Positions 50,123 through 58,742 of a DNA stretch of 64,000 nucleotides are shown piece by piece. Positions within the stretch are counted from its first letter, which is position 1, and every line of letters begins with the position of its first letter. Location: positions 8,549-72,548 of the forward strand of contig CAJWQJ010000007.1 in the NCBI GenBank assembly GCA_913045315.1. Direction: 5' to 3'. The notes under the pieces were generated by a model. It made no database searches, was not told the origin of the DNA, and saw nothing but the letters and a program-made list of their open reading frames with translations. This DNA is from an uncultured Chloroflexota bacterium (GTDB taxonomy: Bacteria > Chloroflexota > Dehalococcoidia > Lucifugimonadales > UBA1127). A program made the translations under genes and the position numbers.

Positions 50123-50165
50123 GAAATCACCTTACGCCATATTCAGGAGAAAACTTCAAGTAGCA

Positions 50166-51197
50166 TTATGATGTTGCCGAAGCAACATGGGTTCCTACAG
50201 CATTAGCAACTGCTCTTACACCGTGCATCATTTTGTCAAAATTCTCAAATGTAAGTGACTGCGGACCATCTGATAAAGCTCTATCAGGATTAGGATGAAC
50301 TTCTATAATTAATCCATGCGCACCTGCTGCAACTGACGATAACGCCATTGTTGGAACCAAATGCCATCTTCCAGTTCCATGACTTGGATCAGCAATAATT
50401 GGAAGATGACTTAATCTTTTAATCGAAGGTACAGCAGCCACATCAAGTATGTTTCTAGTGTAGGTTTCAAATGTCCTAATTCCTCTCTCGCACAAAATTA
50501 CATTAGGATTCCCACCTGCCATAATATACTCAGCAGAAAGCAGCCATTCTTCATAGGTAGTAGCAAAACCTCTCTTTAGAAGTATTGGCTGCTTAAGTTT
50601 TCCTACAGTATCAAGCAGCATGAAATTTTGGACATTTCTAGCTCCAATCTGGACAATATCAGAATATTCAGCAACTACATCAACATCCTCAGAGGTCATC
50701 ACTTCAGTACATACCGGGAGACCTGTCTCTTTACCTGCCTTAGAAAGTAATTTTAATCCTTCTACTCCAAGCCCTCTAAATGCATACGGAGAAGAACGAG
50801 GTTTAAACGCTCCTCCACGAAGTATTCTAGCGCCAGAATTCTTAACAGCTACTGCAGTTGACATTAACTGTTCTTCAGTCTCTATTGAACAGGGCCCAGC
50901 TATTACTACAACTTCATCTCCACCAATAGAAACGTCCCCAACTTTAATTATCGTATCATCTGGGTGCATATCTCTTCCTGCAAGTTTATAGGGTTTTGAA
51001 ATTGGAACGACTTCGTTAACTCCAGGCATCTGTTCTAATTCATTACGAAAATCTGGACTTGCAGGACCTATAACACCTATTATCGTTCGTTCCGTACCAG
51101 ATGATAAATGTGCACTAAGTCCAGGTTTTCCTTCAATATGGGCTGTTATTTGCTCTATTTGTTCTTGAGAGCATCCTTGTTCCATCACAACTATCAA
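50166..51197 (-). CDS. 3-deoxy-7-phosphoheptulonate (DAHP) synthase, type I-beta with N-terminal regulatory domain
   Basis: An N-terminal ferredoxin-like domain (~70 aa) is followed by a KDO8P/DAHPS I-beta TIM barrel with blocks IAGPCSIE, LRGGAFKPRSSPY and DPSHG. Confidence 0.85.
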   Translation of the reverse strand: MIVVMEQGCSQEQIEQITAHIEGKPGLSAHLSSGTERTIIGVIGPASPDFRNELEQMPGVNEVVPISKPYKLAGRDMHPDDTIIKVGDVSIGGDEVVVIAGPCSIETEEQLMSTAVAVKNSGARILRGGAFKPRSSPYAFRGLGVEGLKLLSKAGKETGLPVCTEVMTSEDVDVVAEYSDIVQIGARNVQNFMLLDTVGKLKQPILLKRGFATTYEEWLLSAEYIMAGGNPNVILCERGIRTFETYTRNILDVAAVPSIKRLSHLPIIADPSHGTGRWHLVPTMALSSVAAGAHGLIIEVHPNPDRALSDGPQSLTFENFDKMMHGVRAVANAVGTHVASATS

Positions 51198-51232
51198 GAG
51201 ATCTCCTCCATTTCCATTTTCAATACTAAATC

Positions 51233-51610
51233 TTATTTTTTTCCATCACGATCACGTAAGCCAACAGCTCCACGTAAATATACAAACTTAATTTCATTTT
51301 GTGCTTTTTGAGTATTTACCAACAACAAAACTCTAATGCACATGGGAAGTGAACCAGGCACTGCAATCTCATGTCCATTTATAAGTGCTGGACCAACCCA
51401 TCCCAAATTTACTCGTGCAGCAACAGCTGGAAATTCTGCGTCCAAATCAGGAGTAGTAGTAAACCAAACTCCAGCAATATCCTCTTGATTAAACCCGTTT
51501 TCTGAAACTAATTCATTAAGCATTTCTGTTGTTGCCTCAATTATTGCTTCCTTTGAATTAGTTGTAACCGTTGTAGCCCCTCTTATACCTCGACAAATCA
51601 TACTATTCAT
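51233..51610 (-). CDS. aroH: chorismate mutase, AroH class
   Basis: The N-terminal RGIRGATTV signature is typical of AroH-type mutases. 125 aa. Overlaps the trpA stop by 4 nt. Confidence 0.8.
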   Translation of the reverse strand: MNSMICRGIRGATTVTTNSKEAIIEATTEMLNELVSENGFNQEDIAGVWFTTTPDLDAEFPAVAARVNLGWVGPALINGHEIAVPGSLPMCIRVLLLVNTQKAQNEIKFVYLRGAVGLRDRDGKK

Positions 51611-52431
51611 GCCTCCATTGTATAGTCAGTTAGTATAGTAGAGAAAGAGGAAATAAGCTCCCCAGCAATAATTCCTTCTTGGCCTGCAGTAGCATTATCA
51701 ACTGCATTAAGTAAGGCGCTTCCAACTACCACTGCATCTGCATATTTAGAAACCTCTTGAACATGTCGAGGTTCAGATATGCCAAACCCTACAGCAACTG
51801 GAATCTTAGTATGCTGACGAATACGCTCAACCAAATCTTTCGCATCAGAAGAAACGTTTGTTCGTACCCCAGTTACGCCCAAAAGACTTACACAATAAAC
51901 AAATCCTCTTGCATATGAACAAGACTTTTTCAATCGTTCATTTGTACTCGTAGGGGAAACAAGTGGAATTAATGCTAGTTCATTAATTTCAGAAAAATAT
52001 AACATTACTTCTGCTTCTTCAGATGGTAAATCAGGAATAATAAAGCCATCAACACCATTTTGCACAGAATCACAACAAGCTTTCTCGATTCCATAAGCCA
52101 AAAAACAGTTATAATACCCCATCAGTACTAAAGGAATTTTTACCCCTTCCTTACGTAACCTACCAGTGATATAAAGGCAATCTGCAAGGCTAACATCATT
52201 TTGCAAAGCATGGAAGCTAGCTTTCTGAATAATTGGACCATCAGCAATAGGATCACTAAATGGAACTCCTAACTCTATTAGTGAAGCACCTGCTTGTTCC
52301 AAAGCATGAACAATCCTTACAGTAGCCTCCAAATTAGGAAACCCAACAGTTATATAAGGAATAACACGATTTATACTTTTATCAGAAGTAAGATGATCCT
52401 CTATGAGTTTTCTTCCCATGGCATACCCCAA
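51607..52431 (-). CDS. trpA: tryptophan synthase alpha chain
   Basis: Contains IELGVPFSDPIADGPIIQ and the C-terminal GFGIS block. The start is probably ATG 52417..52419. Confidence 0.9.
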   Translation of the reverse strand: MGYAMGRKLIEDHLTSDKSINRVIPYITVGFPNLEATVRIVHALEQAGASLIELGVPFSDPIADGPIIQKASFHALQNDVSLADCLYITGRLRKEGVKIPLVLMGYYNCFLAYGIEKACCDSVQNGVDGFIIPDLPSEEAEVMLYFSEINELALIPLVSPTSTNERLKKSCSYARGFVYCVSLLGVTGVRTNVSSDAKDLVERIRQHTKIPVAVGFGISEPRHVQEVSKYADAVVVGSALLNAVDNATAGQEGIIAGELISSFSTILTDYTMEA

Positions 52432-52597
52432 ATTTACTAAGCCAGCATGAACTAAAAGTCATTATCCGGCACAAGTTAAGAAGAATAACACTTTTTCCTA
52501 CGAGAATCGATACTTAGAGATATAAATACAATAAATTATGATCAAATAAGACAAAACCCATATCTGATATTGTTATTACAAGAAAAGAAATCGACTA

Positions 52598-52855
52598 CTA
52601 TTCTTTAACGCCTGCATTTTTAAGAAATTCTACAGCATCACCTACAGTTAAAATCTTTTCAGCATCCTCATCAGTAATTTCAACTTGGACATCTGTATCA
52701 GAGAATTCTTCCTCAAAAGCCATAATAAGTTCAACTAAATCTAGAGAATCCGCATTTAAATGTTCAGTAAAAGAAGCCTCCAAGGTAACTTGGTCTTCCT
52801 CAACTCCTAATTTATCTACAACAATATCTGTAACGCGTTCTACTATGCTGGACAT
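52598..52855 (-). CDS. acpP: acyl carrier protein
   Basis: [16 protein letters not shown] contains the phosphopantetheine-attachment serine. Start placed at the ATG at 52853..52855, 5 nt after AAGGGAG. Confidence 0.92.
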   Translation of the reverse strand: MSSIVERVTDIVVDKLGVEEDQVTLEASFTEHLNADSLDLVELIMAFEEEFSDTDVQVEITDEDAEKILTVGDAVEFLKNAGVKE

Positions 52856-52872
52856 GTTATCTCCCTTCAAAA

Positions 52873-53433
52873 CTAGGTAAGTTTTTCTAAAATTTTATTA
52901 TCAACAAGAGCACCCAAAACACCATTTACAAACTTAGGCGAGTTATCACCACCAAAAAGTTTAGCAAGCTCAACAGCTTCATTAACAATTATTTGAAAAG
53001 AAGTCTCATTTTCAAAAACAATCTCATAAAAAGCTATACGTAAGACGTTGCGATCCACTACAGACACTTGGTTTAGAGGCCATGCAGTAGCATGCTGTTC
53101 AATAATGATATCTAAATCAGCTTTATTTGAATCAACATGCTCTATAAGCTCCTCAGCAAACAAAGCTGATGATCTATCAACCTGATTACTTTCAATTATC
53201 CAAGAAAAGACAACACTTTTATCATGTCCAGTAACGTCAATTTCAGATAATACTTGGAATGCTATCGCTCTAGACAACCGTCTTGACGGCAGGTCAAGAG
53301 CTTCATCTTCACTATCGTTCTCAGAATCATCATCACAAGGAAACAATGAATTCCTTTCAAACCAATCCTGAGGCTGAGACAGATCTTCAGATTCTTCTTC
53401 AGGAGCATGACATGACGTCTCACGAGACGTCAT
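52873..53433 (-). CDS. nusB: transcription antitermination factor NusB with acidic N-terminal extension
   Basis: The core from [17 protein letters not shown] to the C-terminus matches NusB. It is preceded by ~50 acidic residues with no internal ATG. Candidate starts are ATG 53431..53433 (1 nt after the fabD stop) or ATG 53458..53460. Confidence 0.75.
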   Translation of the reverse strand: MTSRETSCHAPEEESEDLSQPQDWFERNSLFPCDDDSENDSEDEALDLPSRRLSRAIAFQVLSEIDVTGHDKSVVFSWIIESNQVDRSSALFAEELIEHVDSNKADLDIIIEQHATAWPLNQVSVVDRNVLRIAFYEIVFENETSFQIIVNEAVELAKLFGGDNSPKFVNGVLGALVDNKILEKLT

Positions 53434-53443
53434 GTCATGCTCC
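53402..53443. repeat. perfect 20-bp + 20-bp palindrome (2-nt centre) at the fabD/nusB junction
   Basis: GGAGCATGACATGACGTCTC (53402..53421), then ac, then GAGACGTCATGTCATGCTCC (53424..53443). I verified all 20 pairs base by base. It contains the fabD stop (53435..53437) and the nusB ATG (53431..53433). Confidence 0.95.
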
Positions 53444-54397
53444 GAGTGAGCGAACTCCATCTATATCATTAATTCCTATTATTTCTGCTTCTGGATGTGT
53501 ATTTCGAATCATCCCAGCAAGCACTTTTCCTGGTCCTATTTCATAGAACTGATTAACATTAGCTGTTTTGAGATAAGAAACAGATCTTCTCCACTGCACT
53601 GGAGAGCAAATTTGATTCAGCAATTCATCACGAATTTCATTTCCAGTATGTAAAGGATTTCCAGAACAATTAGCTATAACTGGGACTAGAGGGTCTTGAA
53701 AATTAACATCATTAAGCACTTTAACCATTCCTTGTTCGGCTGGTTTCATATAACTTGTGTGAAATGCACCGCTCACCTGCAAGTTTATTACTCTTTTAGC
53801 TCCTCGAGCTCCAGCAAGATCAACTGCTACAGCAAGATTTACTCTATCTCCTGCTATTACAATTTGGTCTTCAGTATTTAATGTGGATATATAGGTGCCT
53901 GTCTCACTGCAAATTTCTTCAAGACTAAGTTCATCCAAGCCAATAACAGCCGCCATCCCGGAAGGTTGTACCTCTGAAGCTTCTTGCATTAGCCTACCGC
54001 GTTCTCTAACCAACCTAACCGCATCGCTCGTAGACAAAACTCCAGTTGCAACCAACGATGAGTATTCCCCAAGACTATGCCCAGCTACATAATCAGGACT
54101 AGGCATATTATATTCACCTAACCACTCTTCAGCAGCTCTAAGGCACGCAAGGCTCATAGTTAAAATTGCAGGTTGAGTATTAAGAGTTCTTGTTAATTCT
54201 TCTTCAGGACCCTCAAACATTATCTTAGTTAATTTAATACCCAGAGCATCATCGGCTTCCTGAAAGACTTCGCGTGCTGCTTTGGAACCATCATAAATAT
54301 CCTTTCCCATTCCAACACGTTGAGCTCCTTGTCCTGGAAAAACAAATGCGATTTTCTTTAATTCATTTATCATACTTGGGTTTGTGACGTCACTCAT
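53435..54397 (-). CDS. fabD: malonyl CoA-ACP transacylase
   Basis: Contains AFVFPGQGAQ and the nucleophile elbow AGHSLGEYS. Start placed at ATG 54395..54397 (MSDVTNPS...). The track ORF starts at the TTG at 54433. Confidence 0.9.
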   Translation of the reverse strand: MSDVTNPSMINELKKIAFVFPGQGAQRVGMGKDIYDGSKAAREVFQEADDALGIKLTKIMFEGPEEELTRTLNTQPAILTMSLACLRAAEEWLGEYNMPSPDYVAGHSLGEYSSLVATGVLSTSDAVRLVRERGRLMQEASEVQPSGMAAVIGLDELSLEEICSETGTYISTLNTEDQIVIAGDRVNLAVAVDLAGARGAKRVINLQVSGAFHTSYMKPAEQGMVKVLNDVNFQDPLVPVIANCSGNPLHTGNEIRDELLNQICSPVQWRRSVSYLKTANVNQFYEIGPGKVLAGMIRNTHPEAEIIGINDIDGVRSLGA

Positions 54398-54482
54398 CTC
54401 GCCTTTTCTCCCTTCTATTTTTGTGACAGCCAAGCATCTAAAGATATATCAGCTATATTAAACCAACCAACGTCACACAGTA

Positions 54483-54680
54483 TTAGTTACTGTCTCCATT
54501 GGCACCACGATTAATTACGTACCTATCCTTGTACCAACCACAAGAAGGACACACACGATGACTTAAGACAGGAGAATTGCAACGAGAGCACTTGTTAACA
54601 GAAGAGGCTTTCGATTTGTAGTGTGAAGCTCGTGAGCGTTGTTTAGATTTAGAAAGCTGTTTTTTGGGTAATGCTGGCAT
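54483..54680 (-). CDS. rpmF: 50S ribosomal protein L32 (zinc-ribbon form)
   Basis: MPALPKKQLSKSKQRSRASH N-terminus with CxxC...CxxC (CSRCNS...CPSCG). Confidence 0.9.
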   Translation of the reverse strand: MPALPKKQLSKSKQRSRASHYKSKASSVNKCSRCNSPVLSHRVCPSCGWYKDRYVINRGANGDSN

Positions 54681-54682
54681 AA

Positions 54683-55210
54683 TCAGACCTTTATTGAATC
54701 CACTCCAAATGAATTTACAAAGTGAGCAGAATTCTTCCAGTGAACATCAATCAATTTATCCACACACGAACACTTATGATAATTTCTATTAATCCCACAA
54801 GATTGACAAAGCCCCATGCAATTTTGGAAACATAAAGGCTTCATTGAAGCATTAGTTATAACACTTTGTCGAAACGCATCAGTTATGTCGAGTACTTTGT
54901 CAGAATCGAAACTAAAAGATTCATCCATTCCAAGCGTTTCGTCTTTTTTAAGATGTGAAGGGTAAAATTGTGCCTCAATTTTTACATCAATTTTTTTTAA
55001 GGAATATTCAAGGCAGCGTACACATTCTATCTGAGCCATCAAAATTGCATCGCCACGAAGCCATATTCCTATATCAGTCTTAGTTAGAAGTATGTGACCC
55101 TTGATATCTGAGGCATCCAAACCATCGACATCAAAAGAGTCTTCATTAATTTCGTATGTTCTTTTGGAGCCTGTAGGCTCCTGAATCAGTTGAGAGATAT
55201 TGTACTGCAT
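54683..55210 (-). CDS. yceD: YceD/DUF177 family protein
   Basis: Sits in the canonical position just upstream of rpmF. Has the C-terminal Cys cluster CQNCMGLCQSCG. Confidence 0.75.
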   Translation of the reverse strand: MQYNISQLIQEPTGSKRTYEINEDSFDVDGLDASDIKGHILLTKTDIGIWLRGDAILMAQIECVRCLEYSLKKIDVKIEAQFYPSHLKKDETLGMDESFSFDSDKVLDITDAFRQSVITNASMKPLCFQNCMGLCQSCGINRNYHKCSCVDKLIDVHWKNSAHFVNSFGVDSIKV

Positions 55211-55305
55211 GAAAATTCTCCACAGAGTAGATGTGAATTTTAATCCAATGTCACATTTTGGTCAAGTGAAGATATCGAATGTTGCAAGAAGAAAAAGTCA
55301 TTATT

Positions 55306-55836
55306 TTAATGTTCTCTTTTTATAGATCCAAATTTTTTCTCGTAAGCATTTACTATATTTAAAAATAAATCTCTATATTCTTTCGAATGAATATTTGGGG
55401 TAGTCATAATAATAGCGTTTTCTTTATTATCTTGATAATAGTCCTTTCTAAAACCAACATGTTCAAATCCATATTTTTGATATAAGAACTGTGCTATTTG
55501 ATTGCTTTCGCGCACTTCTAGTGATACCACGGCCATATTTCTAGACATTGCATCCTCGATAGTTCTAATTAGTAGAAGTTCGCCAACTCCAGTTCTTCTT
55601 AAATTATTCTTCGACGCGATGCTCACGATATGTGATTCATCAAATAAATACCAGATGCCTACGTAGCCAATTACGTCAGATTCTTTGTTAGCAACTACAA
55701 AATAAGAAGATAGTTTGCTTTCCAACTCATCAATAAATCGTGTTGGAGGCCAAGTTTCAGGAAAGGCTTCACGTTCAATCTCTGAAACAGCAATTAAATC
55801 TTTTTTGTGCATATTTTTAATTATATAAAACGACAT
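55306..55836 (-). CDS. rimI: GNAT N-acetyltransferase, RimI-like
   Basis: The acetyl-CoA block RRTGVGELLL and overall length (176 aa) resemble ribosomal-protein-alanine acetyltransferase. Confidence 0.65.
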   Translation of the reverse strand: MSFYIIKNMHKKDLIAVSEIEREAFPETWPPTRFIDELESKLSSYFVVANKESDVIGYVGIWYLFDESHIVSIASKNNLRRTGVGELLLIRTIEDAMSRNMAVVSLEVRESNQIAQFLYQKYGFEHVGFRKDYYQDNKENAIIMTTPNIHSKEYRDLFLNIVNAYEKKFGSIKREH

Positions 55837-55903
55837 ATTATTAATAATATTTTTTTAAAAGAAAATTTATTTCAGTGGAATCATATTTTTGAGATAATCA
55901 AGA

Positions 55904-55946
55904 GAAGTTTTTCAAAATTGAAAAACTTCAACTAACTTTGTATAAA
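55904..55946 (+). promoter_or_regulatory. 26-bp palindrome overlapping the -35 of a sigma70-type promoter upstream of the sigma factor gene
   Basis: GAAGTTTTTC-AAAATT-GAAAAACTTC spans 55904..55929. TTGAAA (55918..55923), a 17-nt spacer and TATAAA (55941..55946) follow. Confidence 0.35.
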
Positions 55947-55966
55947 ATAACGCGTTATATAATTAT

Positions 55967-56554
55967 GTGGAATCCCTAATGAATAATAAGAATAAGCAAA
56001 TGGAGCAAATAACACCTAACATTCAGGAGGTTGTAATACAAGCCCAAGATGGAAAACTTGGAGCTTTTACTCAATTATATGAATTCTTTTTTCTTGAAAT
56101 TTATCGTTATACATTTGCAAAAATCGGAAATATTCAGGATGCAGAAGATTTAACTCAAGAAATATTTTTAAAAGTTATCAAATCTATTAATAAATATAGA
56201 GAAAAAGGAACTCCTTTTTCAAGTTGGTTATTCAGAATTGCAAGAAATACAATAATAGATCATTTAAGAAAACAGCAAAAAAATATGAACAATGTGCCTA
56301 TTGAAAATATCTCAGAATTAAAATCGGATAATAATCTTGAGAAGTCTGCAATACTTGCACTCAATATAAAAGAAATGAAAGAACAAATGGATAATTTGTC
56401 AGAATTACAAAAGGAAGTATTAATCCTTCGTTTTTTTGGACAATTATCCCTTGAAGAAACTAGCAAGGTCATTTCACGTAATGTTAATGCCACAAAGAAT
56501 ATTCAGCATTCTGCTTTGGCTTCTTTAAGAAAAAAAATAAGTAAGTTTAATTAG
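55967..56554 (+). CDS. ECF-type (group 4) sigma-70 family sigma factor
   Basis: Region 2 (DAEDLTQEIFLKV...FSSWLFRIARNTIIDHLRK) and region 4 (LSELQKEVLILRFFGQLSLEETSKVI). The start is GTG 55967 or ATG 55979. Confidence 0.85.
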   Translation: MESLMNNKNKQMEQITPNIQEVVIQAQDGKLGAFTQLYEFFFLEIYRYTFAKIGNIQDAEDLTQEIFLKVIKSINKYREKGTPFSSWLFRIARNTIIDHLRKQQKNMNNVPIENISELKSDNNLEKSAILALNIKEMKEQMDNLSELQKEVLILRFFGQLSLEETSKVISRNVNATKNIQHSALASLRKKISKFN

Positions 56555-56568
56555 CAATTTTAAAAATT

Positions 56569-57492
56569 ATGAGTAACAATCAATTATCATCATCAGAACA
56601 AGAAGCACTTAATAACTGTATTGATCTGATCCGGAATGGATCAGATCTTGAAGATAGTTTAGCGTTATATCCAGATATAAAAGAAAAAATTAAACCTTTC
56701 CTTCTAAATGCAATTGATTTTCAGAATTCTTCCAACTCCATAATTCCAAAAAATGAATTTCAGCAATCCCTAAGGAAAACTCTTTCTAATGAATTTATAC
56801 TCAACACCTCTAAGTCGAAATTTTCCTTTAAATTTTCTTGGGGTTTACAAAAAACCACAGCAGTCATTGCTATAGCATTTATATCAATAATATCTAGTGG
56901 ATTACTTGTTACAAGTGCATCAGCATCAAGTTTGCCAGGCGAAACACTTTATCCGGCAAAGAAATTAAAAGAAGGAATTATGCTTCGAATAATTCCTTCT
57001 GATGCCCAAAAAGTAAAATTCCATACCAATCTTATACAGCAAAGAACTCAAGAAATGGAATTAATTATTTCCAAAAAAAAACCTGCTTCCGATTTAAATA
57101 GAGCTACTCAAAATATGAATAGTCATATAGAAAAAACTTTTACTATTATATTAGCAAACAAAGTTAAAGCTGGATTAATATCCAAAAATCAGGCCATAGC
57201 ATACAACAATTCATACAAGTCTCGTACTGAAAGAAATCAGTGCATTTCAATGCGTTTAAATCAGGATCACGCTTATTCTAAGACCATGAATCCAAAGAAG
57301 ATCAACATAGAAAATAGTCACGTTTATCTGAAAAATATTTTGCTATCAGAAATAGAGCGACAAAAAAATATGCCTGGCAAATACAATAACTACCTTTCAA
57401 AAACCGATCAGGCCTATGTAGATGAAACTTTCCATTGTTCAATGATAAAATTGCTAACAACAATCTCAATCTTGGATCAATTAGTGAAATAG
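56569..57492 (+). CDS. putative anti-sigma factor / DUF5667-like membrane protein
   Basis: Starts 15 nt after the sigma gene. Has an N-terminal cytoplasmic helix region and a single TM segment (TAVIAIAFISIISSGLLV). The external LPGETLYPAKKLKE block resembles DUF5667. Confidence 0.5.
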   Translation: MSNNQLSSSEQEALNNCIDLIRNGSDLEDSLALYPDIKEKIKPFLLNAIDFQNSSNSIIPKNEFQQSLRKTLSNEFILNTSKSKFSFKFSWGLQKTTAVIAIAFISIISSGLLVTSASASSLPGETLYPAKKLKEGIMLRIIPSDAQKVKFHTNLIQQRTQEMELIISKKKPASDLNRATQNMNSHIEKTFTIILANKVKAGLISKNQAIAYNNSYKSRTERNQCISMRLNQDHAYSKTMNPKKINIENSHVYLKNILLSEIERQKNMPGKYNNYLSKTDQAYVDETFHCSMIKLLTTISILDQLVK

Positions 57493-57554
57493 TGATAACC
57501 TAGAACCTGAAATATATCCTTTTTAAAATCTCAAGTTCAAACTAGGTTGTTTAT

Positions 57555-58073
57555 ATGTCAGGCTCATGTTTAAGCCGTCAAACAATTATAAAATTGATGG
57601 ATGAAACACCCCCTATTATCGATGAATTTATAGATTTTAATTCGCAAATACAACCTAATGGATTTGACTTGACACTACATGATGTATCAAATTTCAAAAG
57701 TCACTCTGTAATCGGCACTAACAACAATTCAAGAGTTCTAGCAGAAACTTCTCAATTAAAATTTGAAGACTCAGGTAAACTATTTCTTCCACAAGGATCA
57801 TACAAAATCACGTTAAATGAAAAAATTAATCTTCCCCTAGGGATAATGAGTCTTTGCCAAACTAGATCAAGCTTACTAAGATCAGGCATTGCAATTAATA
57901 GCGGTATAGGTGATGCCGGCTACAGTGGGAAATATCAAGCGTTAATGACAATATATAACCCCTATGGTTTTTCAGTAGAAAAAAACTCAAGAATATTGCA
58001 AATAGTTTTTTTTCATCTTGATAATGAAACTTCTGAAGCCTATGAAGGCATTTACTCTGAAAAGTCAAAATAA
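57555..58073 (+). CDS. dCTP deaminase/dUTPase-superfamily protein (archaeal-type dUTPase-like)
   Basis: Contains IQPNGFDLTL and GIGDAGYSGKYQALM blocks, typical of the trimeric dUTPase/Dcd fold. 172 aa. Confidence 0.6.
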   Translation: MSGSCLSRQTIIKLMDETPPIIDEFIDFNSQIQPNGFDLTLHDVSNFKSHSVIGTNNNSRVLAETSQLKFEDSGKLFLPQGSYKITLNEKINLPLGIMSLCQTRSSLLRSGIAINSGIGDAGYSGKYQALMTIYNPYGFSVEKNSRILQIVFFHLDNETSEAYEGIYSEKSK

Positions 58074-58157
58074 TATAAAAAGCCATCTCTGGAATTCTGT
58101 TTTTCTTCCCTTTAGTAGGTGTCACAACTTATTCCTCGTGCTATACTTCTTTGATGA

Positions 58158-58232
58158 TCCTCGGTAGCTCAGTGGTAGAGCGGGCGGCTGTTAACCGCTA
58201 GGTCGTAGGTTCGAATCCTACCCGAGGAGCCA
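58158..58232 (+). tRNA. tRNA-Asn (anticodon GUU), CCA encoded
   Basis: Acceptor TCCTCGG/CCGAGGA. D arm GCTC-AGTGGTA-GAGC. Anticodon arm GGCGG-CTGTTAA-CCGCT. T arm GTAGG-TTCGAAT-CCTAC. Discriminator G followed by CCA. Confidence 0.92.
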
Positions 58233-58298
58233 ACCTCTATAAATAATTATTTATTAATGTGAATTCTAACTAATACTTAAGAGATATCTTTTAAACTA

Positions 58299-58658
58299 AT
58301 GGGAATATCAGAAATATCTGGCGTCAATATTTGGACAAATAATCTGAATGTAATGAAAGAGTTTTACGGAAATATCCTAGAACTTTCTGTACACTCCGAT
58401 CATGGGAATTTTGTAGCATTTGATATCGGAACTGGTAGATTAAATATAGGACTACATGATAAAATTTCGGGAAATTCTAAGGATTCATACAGAATTATGA
58501 TTAATCTAGGTGTAGAAAATATTCATTCAATTACTGATCGATTGATCAAAAATAATGTTAAAATTATAAGACAACCTGAAAAGGAGTCTTGGGGAGGTTG
58601 GATTGCAACATTTTGCGATCCTGACGGAAATATTTTACAGTTACTTCAAATCCTATAA
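58299..58658 (+). CDS. VOC/glyoxalase-family protein
   Basis: 119 aa with the paired beta-alpha-beta-beta-beta pattern. C-terminal DPDGNILQL block. Confidence 0.7.
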   Translation: MGISEISGVNIWTNNLNVMKEFYGNILELSVHSDHGNFVAFDIGTGRLNIGLHDKISGNSKDSYRIMINLGVENIHSITDRLIKNNVKIIRQPEKESWGGWIATFCDPDGNILQLLQIL

Positions 58659-58742
58659 GCTCCATGAATATAGAGATTAAATCATACCAAAAAAATTACT
58701 AAAACAACTAAAACGATCGATAATCAAATACCAGGTAATGTA

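Noticed and set aside
53283-53546. 87-aa plus-strand ORF encoding ...[17 protein letters not shown]...
   Set aside because: It exists only because the 42-bp palindrome reads almost identically on both strands. It lies antisense to nusB and fabD.
54384-54393. GTGACGTCAC, a perfect 10-bp palindrome at the fabD 5' end. It shares the TGACGTC core with both arms of the 53402..53443 palindrome, which suggested a common operator flanking fabD.
   Set aside because: GACGTC-containing palindromes also occur inside unrelated coding sequence, for example TGACGTCA near 13045 in surE and GGACGTCC near 43123 in larC. The shared core is not demonstrably specific.
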